Part shown: positions 22,231-34,889 of the stretch, in pieces
Layout of the letters: each line of letters begins with the position of its first letter
Numbering within the stretch: position 1 is the stretch's first letter
Assembly (NCBI GenBank): GCA_977018835.1
Contig: OZ361261.1
Span: forward strand, 310,001 to 374,000
Reading direction: 5' to 3'
Length of the DNA: 64,000 nt
Source: Minutocellus sp. GHC0000111
Lineage: Eukaryota
Notes under the pieces: generated by a model
What the model was told of the DNA's origin: nothing
What the model saw: only the letters and a program-made list of their open reading frames with translations
The model's database searches: none
Made by a program: the position numbers and the translations under genes

Positions 22231-24179
22231 ATGATGAAGAAGCGAACTCGTCTTCTGTTCATAGTCGCCGGCCTCTCCTCATGCTGTACGTACGGCCAAT
22301 CCATCAGCGGCGACGACGCATGCCCATGTCTCTCTGCGTATGACCTCCGCGACGAGGATCACTCAGAGGCATCCCTCGCAAATTTCTACAACACCGTCGG
22401 TCGATCTGCCGATCCACTTTCCTATGGTTTTTTGGCTGCCGACCTCACGACGTCAACTCGCTGGAATGTTCCGACGCCAATGATTGCGCATCGATAGTTC
22501 CCTTACCGCCAGACTGCGACAAGAGTTACTGTCAACGGAATTTCTGCTGGGTCGATCCCAACAATTGTGCACGCAAAAGCAATCCATCGACGCTGTTTCC
22601 TGGTCGCTACTATTCCTATGCTACCTGCGGCGAGCTCGATAGCTTTACACATACCGAACGACTGAAATCTCTCAAGGGCAAAACATTCCAAGTGGGATAT
22701 GTGCACAACACTGGCGGATGGAAGGGCGCGTACAACCCATCTGGCAGCTTTGCCATGAATGAGCAATGGACGGGTCCCTCGGTCGACTTCTTTCGCGAAG
22801 CTGCTTTGGAGGGACAGTTTCAGATCAACATGACCCAACCTCCCGATTTTCTCAAGAATCATTCGAAAGAATTCTTTGGCAGCTCCAAGTTCGATCTATG
22901 TGTCTACGCTACGTCGCTTGGCTTCCTCGACTTTTGCGTCGGCGGATTCTTCATCAACGAGAAGAGATCCAGTGTTACGACCATGTATGAAACATCCAAC
23001 GATCCTATCTATTTGATTACTTTCGACGAGAGTGACTCTGGTGCGACCAGTTGGGAGGCATTCATTGCTACCACACTCACAATCTTCACTCCATTTACTG
23101 CCGGTGCGTGGATGATGATTGGGTTTTTTGCCCTACCGGTCGTTGGTCTCCTCCTATTTTTCCATGAGTATGGCAGTCCTGGATCCGCCTTCCCGACGAG
23201 AGAGCCAATTCTTGTTGAACGGGAGGATAGTCTTGGGAACCGATCGACGGAAGTGATCAATCGCCAAATTCCTTTATATAAACACATTGGAAATAGCATC
23301 TACATGGGAACCCTGTCCTTCTTCTCAGGATCGTACGACCAATCGGTGGTGACCATGAGCGGAAAGATATCTCTTCTTGCAATTGCAAGCTTTATCCTCC
23401 TGATAATCTCCGTCTATACGGCAAATCTTGCTTCCATATTAACGCAGGAGGCACAGACTTCCAGCATTGATTCCATTGATATGGCCGTGAAGCAAGGTTT
23501 GAATATTTGTGCCGAGCGAAAGATTGCGAACCTACTGATGGATTCATTTGGAATCGATGGCAAACACATCGTTAAGGACCCAGCAAGTCTTGGTGGTGAT
23601 GATCGACCAGGATTCAATTGTCCAAAATGTCGCTCACGAGAGCGAGTTTTTGACATGATGAGACCCAGTCATACTGACAGCTCTCTTTATTGTAATGTTG
23701 CAGTGGCTTCTTTGGAGGATCTGGATATTCTACACAGGTATGGCACTCATTGTGATAAGGTCAAGGTTGGCGACTCGATCGCTTATCGTACGTTTGGTAT
23801 TCCTGTATCCGATGCCGCCAGCCAGTCCGATGCTCTAGTCAGTTTGTTCCATAAGCTGAAATCGAATGGAGTCATGACTAAGAAGCTCCTTTCTGCAGCA
23901 CCTCAAAGCACTTGTCCGGAAAAGGGTGGCGAAGGAAGTGCCTTGAATGTCAAACAATTGAGTGGGGTATGGGTCATCACATTTGGTTTTGCGCTTCTGG
24001 CATTACTGGTCAAATTTTTAACACGTAAACCAGCAGCGAAGCAGCCGAATCGAGGCCAACCCGGTGCCTTTCGTAACGAGCGAGCTTTGAGGCGCGTGGA
24101 TCAATGGATGAATGGGCCGCCGACGGACGTGGTAATAAAAGGGCACCAAGGCACAAGGTGGCGATATGACGCAGAATGA
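22231..24179 (+). CDS. Ionotropic glutamate receptor-like channel, frameshift in T-run at ~22428-22433
   Basis: M3 gate motif SVYTANLASILT, IFTPFTAGAW pre-M1, pore loop and C-terminal TM helix. Signal peptide and Cys-rich N-terminus (CPC..YG.GC..HD..FCWVDPNNC..YSYATCG). Confidence 0.8.
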
Positions 24180-24726
24180 AATGAACTCCAGGAAGTCAGT
24201 GTGGGCACTGTCGCTGAAATGTAAACACTCCATAAGCAGATTGGTGGCGATGATAGCGTCAGTGGCATGTTGACTCGAGATGGAGCACATGACCTACAGC
24301 TTGTAGTGGAGGTTGAAGAGGAGGAAGAAGTTGAGAACTGTCATCGAGATAACCATGTGTCACGAGATGATCAGAGCATTGGCGATGCGTCACAGCGGAG
24401 TGGAACATTTCGAAGGTGGACAGGGCGTTCATGAGATGGTTGGCTTGTAAAAAGAGTGTGATGTATACAAATATCATTGTAAATTAATTTATGTATGTGA
24501 AAGAAAGTAGTATAACACTATGCACTGTAACGATAACGTACGATCGTGCAGTGTTTGCCCCGATCTTTTGATAATCGGCCGATTCATCAGACGGTAGTGA
24601 AATGAGGAGACCACTAGAATGAATTGAATTGATTTTCTCTGGGCGTTGCCTGGCTCTGCTCACTCACTCCCTCACTCACACCACTCACTCAATACACTCA
24701 AGCTGACGCAGTACTGTAGGATCCTA

Positions 24727-26145
24727 ATGTCTGGCCTATCTCGTCCACAAACCGCTACAAGCAGGCGTCAGAGTATGGCAAGGCCAACAACAAGTGTTTC
24801 CTTGACCCGATCATCAGACGATGTTTCAGTTCTCACCAAGGGCACTGCAGCAGTAGCTATTACTGGCAAGCGAGACTTTATCAGACTCATCCAGCGTAAA
24901 GAACGCGAAATTCTCGATGAAATCCAGCGACTTCAGGCTGAAACTGCTGCGATGGAACAAACCAAGGCCAGGCTACCATCCCTTCAGTCCAAGCGCAATC
25001 ACTTAACGACGTCGATACTCCAGATGGAAGGACAACTCACGGACTATAATCTTGCCTTCGATCATTTGAGCAGGCACGTGCTTACATCCGAGCTCGAGGA
25101 GGCCAATGCTGTCCTCGCCATGAACAACAAGAAGCTAGCGACAGAGCTGAATTCTGCCATGTTAGACACGCAAGAGCAAGAAGAAAACCTGCAGTCGCTA
25201 AAGGCTCAGGTAGACGCGAAATACCGCGAAATCGAGGCAAAGATCATAGAGCAGGGAGGTGAAGATCACCTGCAGCGCTTTCACAACCTTCGGACACTGA
25301 TGGAAAATCTCCAAACAGAGAAGAAGCGTCGCGTGGAAGAAATCAATGACATGGGCGAAAAGATCCTGGAGCTCGAGGATTCTGCCGAGGGCCGGATGCT
25401 GAGAGAGCGAGAAGCCTTATTGGCCAAGGTCTCTCATTTGAAAACTGAATTCACATGCTTGCAAGAGGAGTCAAGCGCCCTTGAAATGCCTATTGCAGAA
25501 GCTAGGGAGTTCCTGATGATGGAAACGGAAGATAAGCAGCGTTCGATCGCTGATTGTGACCAAGAGCTTGAGCAACTTGATCTGATCATGGAGAATGCAC
25601 TGGCTTTGCGCGACAATCTTCTCGCTGAGCTAACTTCACTTGAGCTCAAAGGCGGTGATGTAGGGCCTGAAGATAACGTGCCAGACTCTGACAATGGATT
25701 GATATATGAGGTGCATGCAGAACAGACCAAAAGTCACGTTTCTCCAAGAAACGACCATGCCGCCCTTGAGGAGCGGCGAATGCAGCTGGAGGAAGAGCTC
25801 GTGAAATATGATGACCTCGTTTCACTACAGGCTCGATCTGACCAGGCGAGAGATGCTCTGAAAAAGAAAAAGAAAGAATTGGTGGAGAAGATTGCTGAGT
25901 CCAAGCCCATCGTCACTGGTTTGTCAGCAATATGTGAGGAAAACAAGGCGAAGCTAGAATCAAATGGCAATTGGCCCTCACTGAAGCAGATGGAGGAGAC
26001 ACAGGCTAACCAGAAACGTGAGATCACATCTCTAGAGGAATTTGTGGATATCAAGAGTAAAGAATGCGAATATAACAGCGTGAAGAGGGGATGTTTGAAG
26101 CTGGCTCGGAGTCTCAGCGAGGATTTGGTTGGTGCTCTACAGTAA
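24727..26145 (+). CDS. IFT74: Intraflagellar transport protein 74/72-like
   Basis: Basic RPxT N-terminus, long coiled coil, EGQLTDYNLAFD (cf. QGQLADYN) and C-terminal EFVDIKSKECEY (cf. EFIATKSQESDY). Divergent. Confidence 0.7.
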   Translation: MSGLSRPQTATSRRQSMARPTTSVSLTRSSDDVSVLTKGTAAVAITGKRDFIRLIQRKEREILDEIQRLQAETAAMEQTKARLPSLQSKRNHLTTSILQMEGQLTDYNLAFDHLSRHVLTSELEEANAVLAMNNKKLATELNSAMLDTQEQEENLQSLKAQVDAKYREIEAKIIEQGGEDHLQRFHNLRTLMENLQTEKKRRVEEINDMGEKILELEDSAEGRMLREREALLAKVSHLKTEFTCLQEESSALEMPIAEAREFLMMETEDKQRSIADCDQELEQLDLIMENALALRDNLLAELTSLELKGGDVGPEDNVPDSDNGLIYEVHAEQTKSHVSPRNDHAALEERRMQLEEELVKYDDLVSLQARSDQARDALKKKKKELVEKIAESKPIVTGLSAICEENKAKLESNGNWPSLKQMEETQANQKREITSLEEFVDIKSKECEYNSVKRGCLKLARSLSEDLVGALQ

Positions 26146-26222
26146 ATCAATACTGTACGATGTAGCAGTTTCGAGGTGTACTGACTAACTTAGGATACTG
26201 CACTCTACGCACTCGGCGATTC

Positions 26223-27965
26223 CTACTCCTCGTCAATGTCGTAGCCGATCTCTCTCATAATCTGTTCCACAGCCAAGAGAGTATTTTCACGAACCGCTGT
26301 CCTCGTGAGCGGACACTGCATCTCTGAAAAGCAGCCAATGAATATTTCCCTTCTCTCATCAACGACGGAAAGAAGCGTGTCGCTCTCTGCTTCGCCTTCT
26401 GATAGGCGGATCTGAGTAACTTGTGACCAAACGAGACAGAAGAAGTCGACAATGCTGTCCCTGATGGATTGACTCAGAGCCACCAAGTCCCGACCAAGCT
26501 CGCCATTTGTAGGTTTGGGTGCATTCAAAGTCCACCGAAGGATATCAATCATAATGGCAATACCAGAAAAGGACAGTCGCTCCCGATGGCCGCCAGCGGT
26601 CCGAGAAAAGTCCGATATCATTTGCGTGCGGAGCAATTTGAAGCCATCTGTTGATCGGCAGAGAAGCGAGGTATACGCGGTAGCAACCTGGCAGAAGCTC
26701 AAGGGATGTTCTGTCAGCTTTCGATTGGAATTGGTCGGCACGGAATCAAGCACAGGTAGAATGCTTCCCTCCAGCTCATCCAAAACAGCTGCTAGGACCC
26801 GTCGACAGAGGGGATCGCCTTGTAGCCACCGATTGCGACTATCATCGCAGCAATCTACAAGACGCAACACGATCTGCAGAGCAAACGATTTCATCTCCAT
26901 GACGTAATTGTTCGCTCTGCGATTGCGATGGCGGCTCTTGAAATATCGAGCCTTCTTTTTAATGGTGCGTCTGCGTGGGAAGCCGCTGACTAGATCTGAT
27001 CCATCTTCAAGTATAGCCACCAAGTCGGTTCCAGGAGTAATTGCCGTGGGATCTGACGAGGAAGTCTCCAGAAAGGCAGTGGGAAGGAGCTCATCAAACC
27101 ACACGGCCCAGATTGACACACGCACCTTCTTCCTCAGCTCCTCTTCCTGGGCATTGCCACCGCTACCAGCACGGCCGCCATTCTGCCCCTGCCCATGAAC
27201 ATTGTCGTCGGTGGTCAGATCGATTGCATTGCTCGCCGAGCCTCCTGCATGCCCGCCCCCTGCACCGTGCGCACTGCCGGGATTTCCCGAGGCCGACGAA
27301 CTCCCACCTCCACCTCCGCCGCTGCCACCGCTGCTCATTACGACAGCCCCGTCGGTCAGACCCACGGACGACGAGGCCGAGTATTGATTCTGCTGATGAC
27401 CATATTGTTGCCGTCCCGGGCAACCGCCACTGCTAGATGACGTGGTCCCGTAGCGATTGTACGCCGGCACCCTCGGTTGCGCCGCCGCCGTCGTGGTCTG
27501 CTGCTGCTGAGCCTGAGCCTGCGGTACCTGTGTCTTTGCATTTAAATTTGTCTGGTGCGTTATTGATGTCGCAGTAGTCGCAGTCGTAGTAGTAGTCGTA
27601 GCTGCCGCCTCGCCGACCCCCCCGACGGCGATGCTCGACCAGTCGATGTCCTTCCCGCCGAACTCGTCGTCCAGCTGGTAGCTGTAATCGTAGGCGTTAT
27701 TCATCATCTGTGGCTGCTGCTGCTGCTGCTGGTGGTGGTGGTGGTGTGGCGTCGGCGCCGGTCCCACGCCTCCCGTCGTTGGATTATTTTGGTGGGTTTG
27801 GTTGTGGTGGTTGCCGTATCCGCCGTGCTGCTGATTCTGCTGATGCTGATGGGCGTGCGAGGCGCCGCCGCTGCCGGCCGATCTGCCGCGGTTCATCGTC
27901 TGCCGGCCAAGAGTTAGGGTTGCCGCTGTAGCTGATTTCCCCCTTGTTGCCGCCGCTGACGCCAA
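26223..27965 (-). CDS. Hypothetical protein with Q/G/H/T-rich N-terminus and helical C-terminus; possible internal junction at ~27120
   Basis: 580-codon ORF; no family recognised. Confidence 0.45.
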   Translation of the reverse strand: MASAAATRGKSATAATLTLGRQTMNRGRSAGSGGASHAHQHQQNQQHGGYGNHHNQTHQNNPTTGGVGPAPTPHHHHHQQQQQQPQMMNNAYDYSYQLDDEFGGKDIDWSSIAVGGVGEAAATTTTTTATTATSITHQTNLNAKTQVPQAQAQQQQTTTAAAQPRVPAYNRYGTTSSSSGGCPGRQQYGHQQNQYSASSSVGLTDGAVVMSSGGSGGGGGGSSSASGNPGSAHGAGGGHAGGSASNAIDLTTDDNVHGQGQNGGRAGSGGNAQEEELRKKVRVSIWAVWFDELLPTAFLETSSSDPTAITPGTDLVAILEDGSDLVSGFPRRRTIKKKARYFKSRHRNRRANNYVMEMKSFALQIVLRLVDCCDDSRNRWLQGDPLCRRVLAAVLDELEGSILPVLDSVPTNSNRKLTEHPLSFCQVATAYTSLLCRSTDGFKLLRTQMISDFSRTAGGHRERLSFSGIAIMIDILRWTLNAPKPTNGELGRDLVALSQSIRDSIVDFFCLVWSQVTQIRLSEGEAESDTLLSVVDERREIFIGCFSEMQCPLTRTAVRENTLLAVEQIMREIGYDIDEE

Positions 27966-29193
27966 TCAACGACCCGCTCAAGCAGCAACGACCCCACGAT
28001 TGTTTCAGGAGGTGTGGTTCTCGCCTCGCCTCTCTCGTCATTTTTGAACGGCGGTTTGACCTCTTACGACCACTCGTACGTACGTAGAGGCTCAGTGACA
28101 TCATGATGAAGTAAGAAAGAAGCCACCCTGCAGTCAAGATTTCAAGAGATGTGTGAAAGACACCGAGTCAGGGGGTTTGAACAACGTTTAGGTGTAGATC
28201 TAGCTAGGCGATGTGGCAGGGTTGGCGGCGTGTTTTTCGTGTCTTGGAAATTTCCACACTTGCAAGAAATCGCTTCTACATGAAGAGTTCGGGCCGAAGG
28301 AGGTGCATTGCCTATGTTGACAGTAGATCAGCAGCAGAGAGAGCAGATGACGCGCATTAAGCAAGCAAGATCCACCAGATTGAATTCAGAGAGTTTATTT
28401 TTTGTTTCGTTTGTAGTGTGAGCACTTTCTCTGCAGTTTTGGACAGCTTACATGCATGTAGAACACATGCTGATTCTGGAAAAAAATTGTCCGGTGAAAT
28501 TATTCGATCGATGTCTATCTCGAGATGTCGGGAGTTTTGTCTGGAGGCCGAATCTGCCAGCAAATCTTGATGAGTGCCAATTAAGAGAGAGCCACTAGTA
28601 AAACTACTAACAACAAAGACGTGCACAAGACACCAACACCCCCCCCCCCTCCTAATGCTTACCAATGTCCCTCTTACTTATTACTAGTAGTTACTAGGGG
28701 AGGAGGCCCTGTCGATGAGCTGGCTCTTAATGAGTCATGGCTCTTAATGAATCAACTACTCTACGACCTGTTCGTTTCATTTTTAATGCTGCTGCTGAGA
28801 TCGAGCGAGATGGAAGTGGTGCCGGCGGCATAAAAGTAAGCTCATTGTAAAATCTCGGGGTTATGAAAATCTTATTTATGCCCCTTCTTCACTGATCTCC
28901 CACACGACGAACTGCCAAGACTCACTCCGCGAAAAGATGATTTGATGATTCGCCACACGCCAAAGATCTCTCATAAATCCAGCTTGCTCAACGCATTGAA
29001 AGCTATTCGATTCGTAAGTGATATGCCTTTGAAGTTGCTTTTGTTGCCACTTGCCTTTGCTCCACATTCTTCCCCCGCCACCCTCTTACTAATCGACCCC
29101 TCTCTTACTTTTCGATCGCTGCGCGTATCGCTTTCTCGCCATCGACAGACTTTAGTTGCTTCCATTTCGCAAATTACTTATTGACCACCAACC

Positions 29194-29952
29194 ATGCCCA
29201 TCTTGACCGTCCACCTTGAGAAGATAACCAACCTCGCTGATGAGGACCACATCGGCAAGTCCGACCCTTACGTCAAGGTATGTCTGGTTTTGTGCTGGTT
29301 TGTTCCTTGGGTAGCTGCTTGCGAAAATAGTGGAATTGCTCGGCTGCAATTGCACTTATTGCCCCTCGCCTCGCCAATTGTGTCGATCGTCTCTTTTGCA
29401 ATCTTGTTGGCCAGCTTACAAATGGGCAACGCGTTCCGTGAAATTCCAAGAGCCCGTTGAATTGTTTGAATTTGCTGGGATCTGCCCGCTCCTGGATTGT
29501 TGCGCCGTCAGAATTCGATTTTAAAGGGCATAACAATTGCATTTTGCAATCAAACTTGCATTGGTATGCGCCTTTACACATTTGCATTCACTCAAGGCAC
29601 ATCCCCCCTCTGCATTTTTCTTACTCCAATTCCCCGACAGTTCGAGCTCGAGCAGGACAACGCCTTCTTCGACAAGGACTTTGGCGAGATGAAGTCGACC
29701 AAGAAGAAGAACGAGCAGAACCCCGTATACGGCGAGGACTTCAACTTCAACATCCCGACCCTGAACAACATGGAGCTCAAGGTCAAGGTGATGGACGATG
29801 ACGTCGGTCCCGACGAAGAGCTTGGTTCGTGCAAGATCAAGCTCGAGAAGCTCGATCTCGGACCTGAGCCCATCGACGTCAAGCGCAAGGTCGACAACAA
29901 CATCTTTTCTCCCGATGCCTACGTCTTCCTCAAGCTTTCCTACACCGAGTAA
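29194..29952 (+). CDS. Single C2-domain protein, 2 exons (29194-29277, 29641-29952)
   Basis: NLADEDHIGKSDPYVK|FELE..NPVYGEDF..VMDDDVGPDEELG with Ca-binding Asp residues; in-frame GT-AG intron. Confidence 0.9.
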
Positions 29953-30521
29953 TTGTCATTTTGGAGTAACTTCGGCATGTTGTTACATTATATACGTTGC
30001 AGAATAATATGCGATTGTTTACAGGCATTCCCCAAGATGATCTGGTCCCGAAATCCACATTGCAGTATTTCGCATGCTCGTGCTTGACAACTTACTTTTG
30101 GCGACACGAGAGATGCTTTTGGTGAGATTTTCATTAAATTAGACCAAACTTAAGAAGAAACAGCTGATATAAGAATATGCAATGCGTGCTCTTGACTTGC
30201 TGAAATACCGGTACTCGCCGCCAGCGCAAGTCGTCGCCCCAACAACCAACATGGCCATCATGTGCAAAAATACATGTATTTTGGAGAGTACACCACCGCC
30301 GGAGCCTGCGCTTGAAGCCGATCTGCCTCCTCGCCTCCCCCGGCCGGCCCGATTTCGATCCCAGGAGGAAGCCCGGCCGCCGGCGGTGATGCCGTTTGAC
30401 TTTGTAGGCTCTATCTGCTTGCTGCTCCACCATTGCTGACTGACTTGCTTGCCTTGTCTGGCACGGACCGCTGGGTGGAGACGCAGGAGAACATTTTACA
30501 TAGGAGCGCAATAGTGCAGTC

Positions 30522-32921
30522 ATGAGAGCACTGCTGCAACCGTGGTCGCCCCGTGAGACGGCGGCATCCGTCACTGTTACGCCACTGCTGGTGCTGCTTC
30601 TCGTAATCGTCGTCGTACATGTGCCCTCCGCCAGCGCTGCCGAATCCTCTTCCCAACAGCACGTGTTTCTGTTGGCCTTCCAGCAGCAGCCATCACGAAA
30701 ACGAACGCATTTCACTACTACATATGCAGGAGGCATCGGCAATACCAGTACTGATAATGCGGGCAGCAGCACGAGGCTAGGATACAGCATCGGCCCATCG
30801 AATGACGAGAACCAATCGTCCGATCCCGCCACGGCCACCGCCCGAATGACCTCCGCCTCTGATACTAGTACAGCAAAGAAGGCAGCACCATCACTGCCCA
30901 CGTTAAACAATTACAGCATCGACTCGAACGGACGCGTCGTCGGCTTGATTAGAAATCATCCCACTCTGCCCGACGCACCAGTCCACTTGCCGACTTCTTT
31001 GACAACAATAATGACAATGGCGACGATGGGAGGATACCAAAGCCGAAAGCCAGTATTAATAGAGCGGCCATAAACAGACGATACAGAGAGGGGATGGCCG
31101 TTGTCACCGAGAGCGGGAGTCGGTACCTGCTGGGGAGGCCCAAAAGACGGAAAGCCGATACAGGCAATGACAAAACGTCAACAAAAAACAATGGCGACGA
31201 CAACGAGAAGGAAGGCAAAACAATGGATATATTCGGGATCAAGCTGCACCAACCCCCGCAGCTGTCGTCCCTCCTTATTACCAATAATAATAACTCTGGC
31301 GGCGATGATTCTGATTCAAATATTGGCGATGACGAAGACCCCACCACCCTGTCCTTCCCAATTATGGACCAGTGGCGGATCCAATGGAACGGACGACTCA
31401 TGGGGTCGGTACTCAACCATCCCATATACGACAACGGGGATGTCATTACAACTTCGGCGCTGACGCAAACCACCAATTTGGAGGAGGGCGACACAGTCAC
31501 TACTTACAGTGGAAGTCAGTACGTGCTTGGGAGGAGATTGGATGGGTGGCAAAAGGTGCTGGGGAGCATAGCGGAGGAGGCCACGGCGACTGCTGGGGTG
31601 GAGCTGCCCTCTGTGGAGTTGCCCAGCGTCGCCAATTTGAACGTCGGCGATTCCATGAAATCGCCATCATCGTCGTCGTCATCATCGATGGACGACGACG
31701 CTGCAAGTACCAGGGACACATCATCACAAGCAGAGACGCAGAAGAGCGGTTCTCCACCGTCGGTACCAGCATCTTCTGCGCCGGCCAAGAATAGCTCACA
31801 GCTGCAGATTGAGCCGAAATTCCGTGGGAAGAAGAATAGCAACTCCTCAACCATGAATGGTGAGAAATCTGCTTCTGCGGCACCAGCACCGACCCTCCGA
31901 CAACGACGGCGGGACGCCACGCGACGGTACAACCTCACTGGTCAGACGGCCGGACGAAAGCGATCGGGCGGATCCAACTACGAGTACCTCATCAGCGGCA
32001 GGCCCTTCCGTACCACCAGTGGCAAGTCCAAGATCTACACGGCGTACATGTCCAACGACGATGGTCTGCCCATGACGACGATGGGTGAAGGTGATCGCAA
32101 TCAGAGACGTTCCGGCAGGAGCACCGAAGCTGAAGCTGAAGCTAAAGCCGTGGCGATGATGGTGTCGACCAACTGTGAGGCATTGAAGAGAGAGAATGCA
32201 AATTACGATCGCATCATTGCCGGTGGATGTGGCGATCGCTTTGTCAAAAAGTACGAGTTCATAGACAAGTGGGGTGGTCCGCAATTTTCCCAGAGTGCGT
32301 GTGCCCTAGTAATCGAGGCTGGACAACAAGATCTCAAAGAGCGTCATGTACGCCAGAGGCGGAAAGGGGGAAGGTGGACTGGATGGGCCAGCCATGCGCG
32401 ATGCTGCCCTTGCCGCCGCTCGATGCGTCGAGGCCATGCACAAAGTGGATCTCGTGTGGACCGACATCAAACCTGAGAATTTCATCGTTACTACCGACTC
32501 CATTGGATGCGAGGGAGATTGTCCCCTCGTGGTTAAGGGTATCGATCTAGAATCGGCCATGCCGAGAGGCGACACTCCGGTGGATTACAGTCCAGAGGCC
32601 AGTCCACCAGAGTTTGCTGTGGACTTTCACGATGGGCGGGCCTTGGACCATGTGTTGGAATTCACCTACGACATTTGGAGCTTGGGAATGTTGTTGTACG
32701 AGCTGAGTACCGGTCGAGGGTACTTTGATAATGAATCACCGGAGGAGATTACGCGAATGCTCAGCTCACCAGACTTTAAGGTTGATTTGCGAGATGTGAA
32801 GAAGAACCGCCTTCGCAATCTCATCGGCCAATGTCTACAGACGGACTCTAAGAAGAGACCTAGCATTAATGAGGTATTGCTCCACCCTTATTTCTTGACG
32901 ACGGGCTTGGGTTGGTATTGA
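30522..32921 (+). pseudogene. Ser/Thr protein kinase with leader peptide and two N-terminal repeat domains; frameshifts at ~30975 and ~32342
   Basis: VWTDIKPENF, GIDLES, DYSPEASPPE, YDIWSLGMLLYEL and KRPSINEVLLHPYF are spread over three frames. Confidence 0.75.
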
Positions 32922-33323
32922 GAGGTCAGTGTCAGAGAGGTCTTGGCTGGTACCGGTAGAGTCGGCATTGTGTGAAGAAATCTTTTATCTTGTTGACTGG
33001 TGTTCGGTGTTCGGTCGGAAGAGAAATCTTCAAAATGAGCGTTGACATGCATTTATTTTAACTATTCGCACTAGCTATTGGATCAAAGAAAAGTTTGATA
33101 AAGAATCCGAAGACATGATGAAGCGTGCTAAGGAAGCAGGTTTCAAGTTGAATATCAATCCGATGGAATGGTATGACTGAACTTTCGCAATAGCTGAATG
33201 GAGAGTAGAGAATGCATGCATTCTATTTTGATATTTGGATACATGCTTGATAGTAGGTGTAACTTGCAACATCTATCGGTAGTTTTTCTAAAATCTAAAA
33301 GCGAATCTAGCAGCTATGGTATC

Positions 33324-34889
33324 CTACTCAACACTCGCAGCCATCATATCAGACTCGGTCCACTTGTCGTCCCGATGCTGCTGCAAATCATAGTGCTTTC
33401 CAAGGACCACGCCCAACTCCCGCTGCTCGCCGGGAAAAAGGTGGATGCCAGGGCGGCCGTGGGCATACCTCATGTTATCCAGAACGGCAACATCGCCTTC
33501 CTGCCATTTGAGGGGGATGCCGAAGCGATCATATGCATCTGTCCACACCTGCTTCTCCTCAAGAGTAATGGGCTCGTCATCTCCAAAGAACATCTCGAGA
33601 GGACGTTCCTCGGGAGGCATGTCCATGATGCCCGGTCACGAGTCGAACCAAACATCGTCATCGGCAATGCTAGTGACCATAATGTTGCGATCGAGGTAGG
33701 GGACGTACTCAAACGCAGACTTGTAGTACTTGGTGAGCATGATATGTCCATGTTTAGGATCGTCCACCCATTCGACCGTGAGGCCCTGCTCTTCGGCCTT
33801 CTTCTGGGCCTCATCGGGATCATTCGTCATCCAGCTCTGCTGCCAGTGATTGTAGATCTTGGACTTTTCGCCCTCATCGGTGGATTCTTTGGTGGCATCG
33901 GTCATGCGACGGACGAAGCAAAGGCCCTTCTCCTTGAGCTTTTGCCCAAAAGGCGTCTGCATGATCCAGTCATGAGCTTGGACAGAATCGGAGACGTAGG
34001 ACCAGCCAACGTCGTCGCGGTTGACGGCATGCTTGCACAGAAAGCCGAGCGTCTCGATGCTATGGCTCTTGTACGTCATCTCATGGTGATAGGCAAGCGC
34101 TGCCTCGATGGGAGCGCCAATGTCGTAAACATTGGCAAGCTCGCTGTTGCGATTGCGCGAGTTGGCGCCACCCTCGTACTCCGATTCGGTGCCCATGATG
34201 ATACGCGACAGGGCACGTTGATCCGCCATGTCGGTGAGGCCGGTGTTCGTGATGTAAACCAGGCCGACATCTGGATTTGGAGCAACGCAATTTGGTTGGA
34301 GGAAAAGTAGAAGGCGTAGAAGTAGTGGAGGAAAGACATTTGGTTGGAGGGAACGTAGATGGTGTAGAAGTAGTGGAGGAAAGACATTTGATTGGAGGGA
34401 AAGTAAAGGAAGAAGAAGTAGAAGAAGGGAGGTGAGTGCCATGGTGACACGAAAGCATACTATCAAACAGCACCCACCGTGGCCGCATTGCATACAAACA
34501 TATCCGATGGGCCAATAATAATACACAGTTTACTTCTTACCTTCGTACTTCTCACGGATCTCTCGGACAAGATCCGAGTCTGGATTGTAGATATCGTCCT
34601 TGGAAATCGAACCGTGGCCGTCAATGGTGAAGCGAGAGGGATCGATGGGATACTGCCCAGTCCACCAGCGGGACTCGACGATGGTTTGTCCCTCACGGAG
34701 AACACCACTGTTGGCGGCGTTGGGCGTTGAAGGAGCTTGCACATCCGCACTTCCGGAAGTAGCGACCGCCGCTGTGCCAACGACGACCGGAGGAGAGACC
34801 AGGGCGATGGCAGCCAAAATGGCAACGAGAGCCGAAGCCAGGACGCCAGAAGACTTGAGAGGAGGAGGCTGGGGAAGGACTTCGAGCAT
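33324..34889 (-). pseudogene. TauD/TfdA (clavaminate-synthase-like) Fe(II)/2OG dioxygenase, 2 exons (34889-34541, 34270-33324), in-frame TGA at 33636-33638
   Basis: YHHEMTY (HxE) and WQEGDVAVLDNMRYAHGRP. Intron 34271-34540 restores KYE|DVGLVYI. WFDS*PG reads as a TGG>TGA change. Confidence 0.8.
34291..34432. repeat. 48-bp minisatellite, ~3 copies, inside the TauD-like intron
   Basis: tttggttggagg..gtagaagtagtggaggaaagaca begins at 34291 and 34339, with a degenerate copy at 34387. Confidence 0.85.

Noticed and set aside
28721..28754. 17-bp duplication containing TGAGTCA; also the 19-bp duplication near 9271-9307 and the palindrome near 2966-2996
   Set aside because: Short local duplications with no evidence of function.
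33636..33638. In-frame TGA as selenocysteine or an alternative genetic code
   Set aside because: The context suggests Trp, other genes here end in TGA and use TGG for Trp, and the other premature stops are TAA and TAG.
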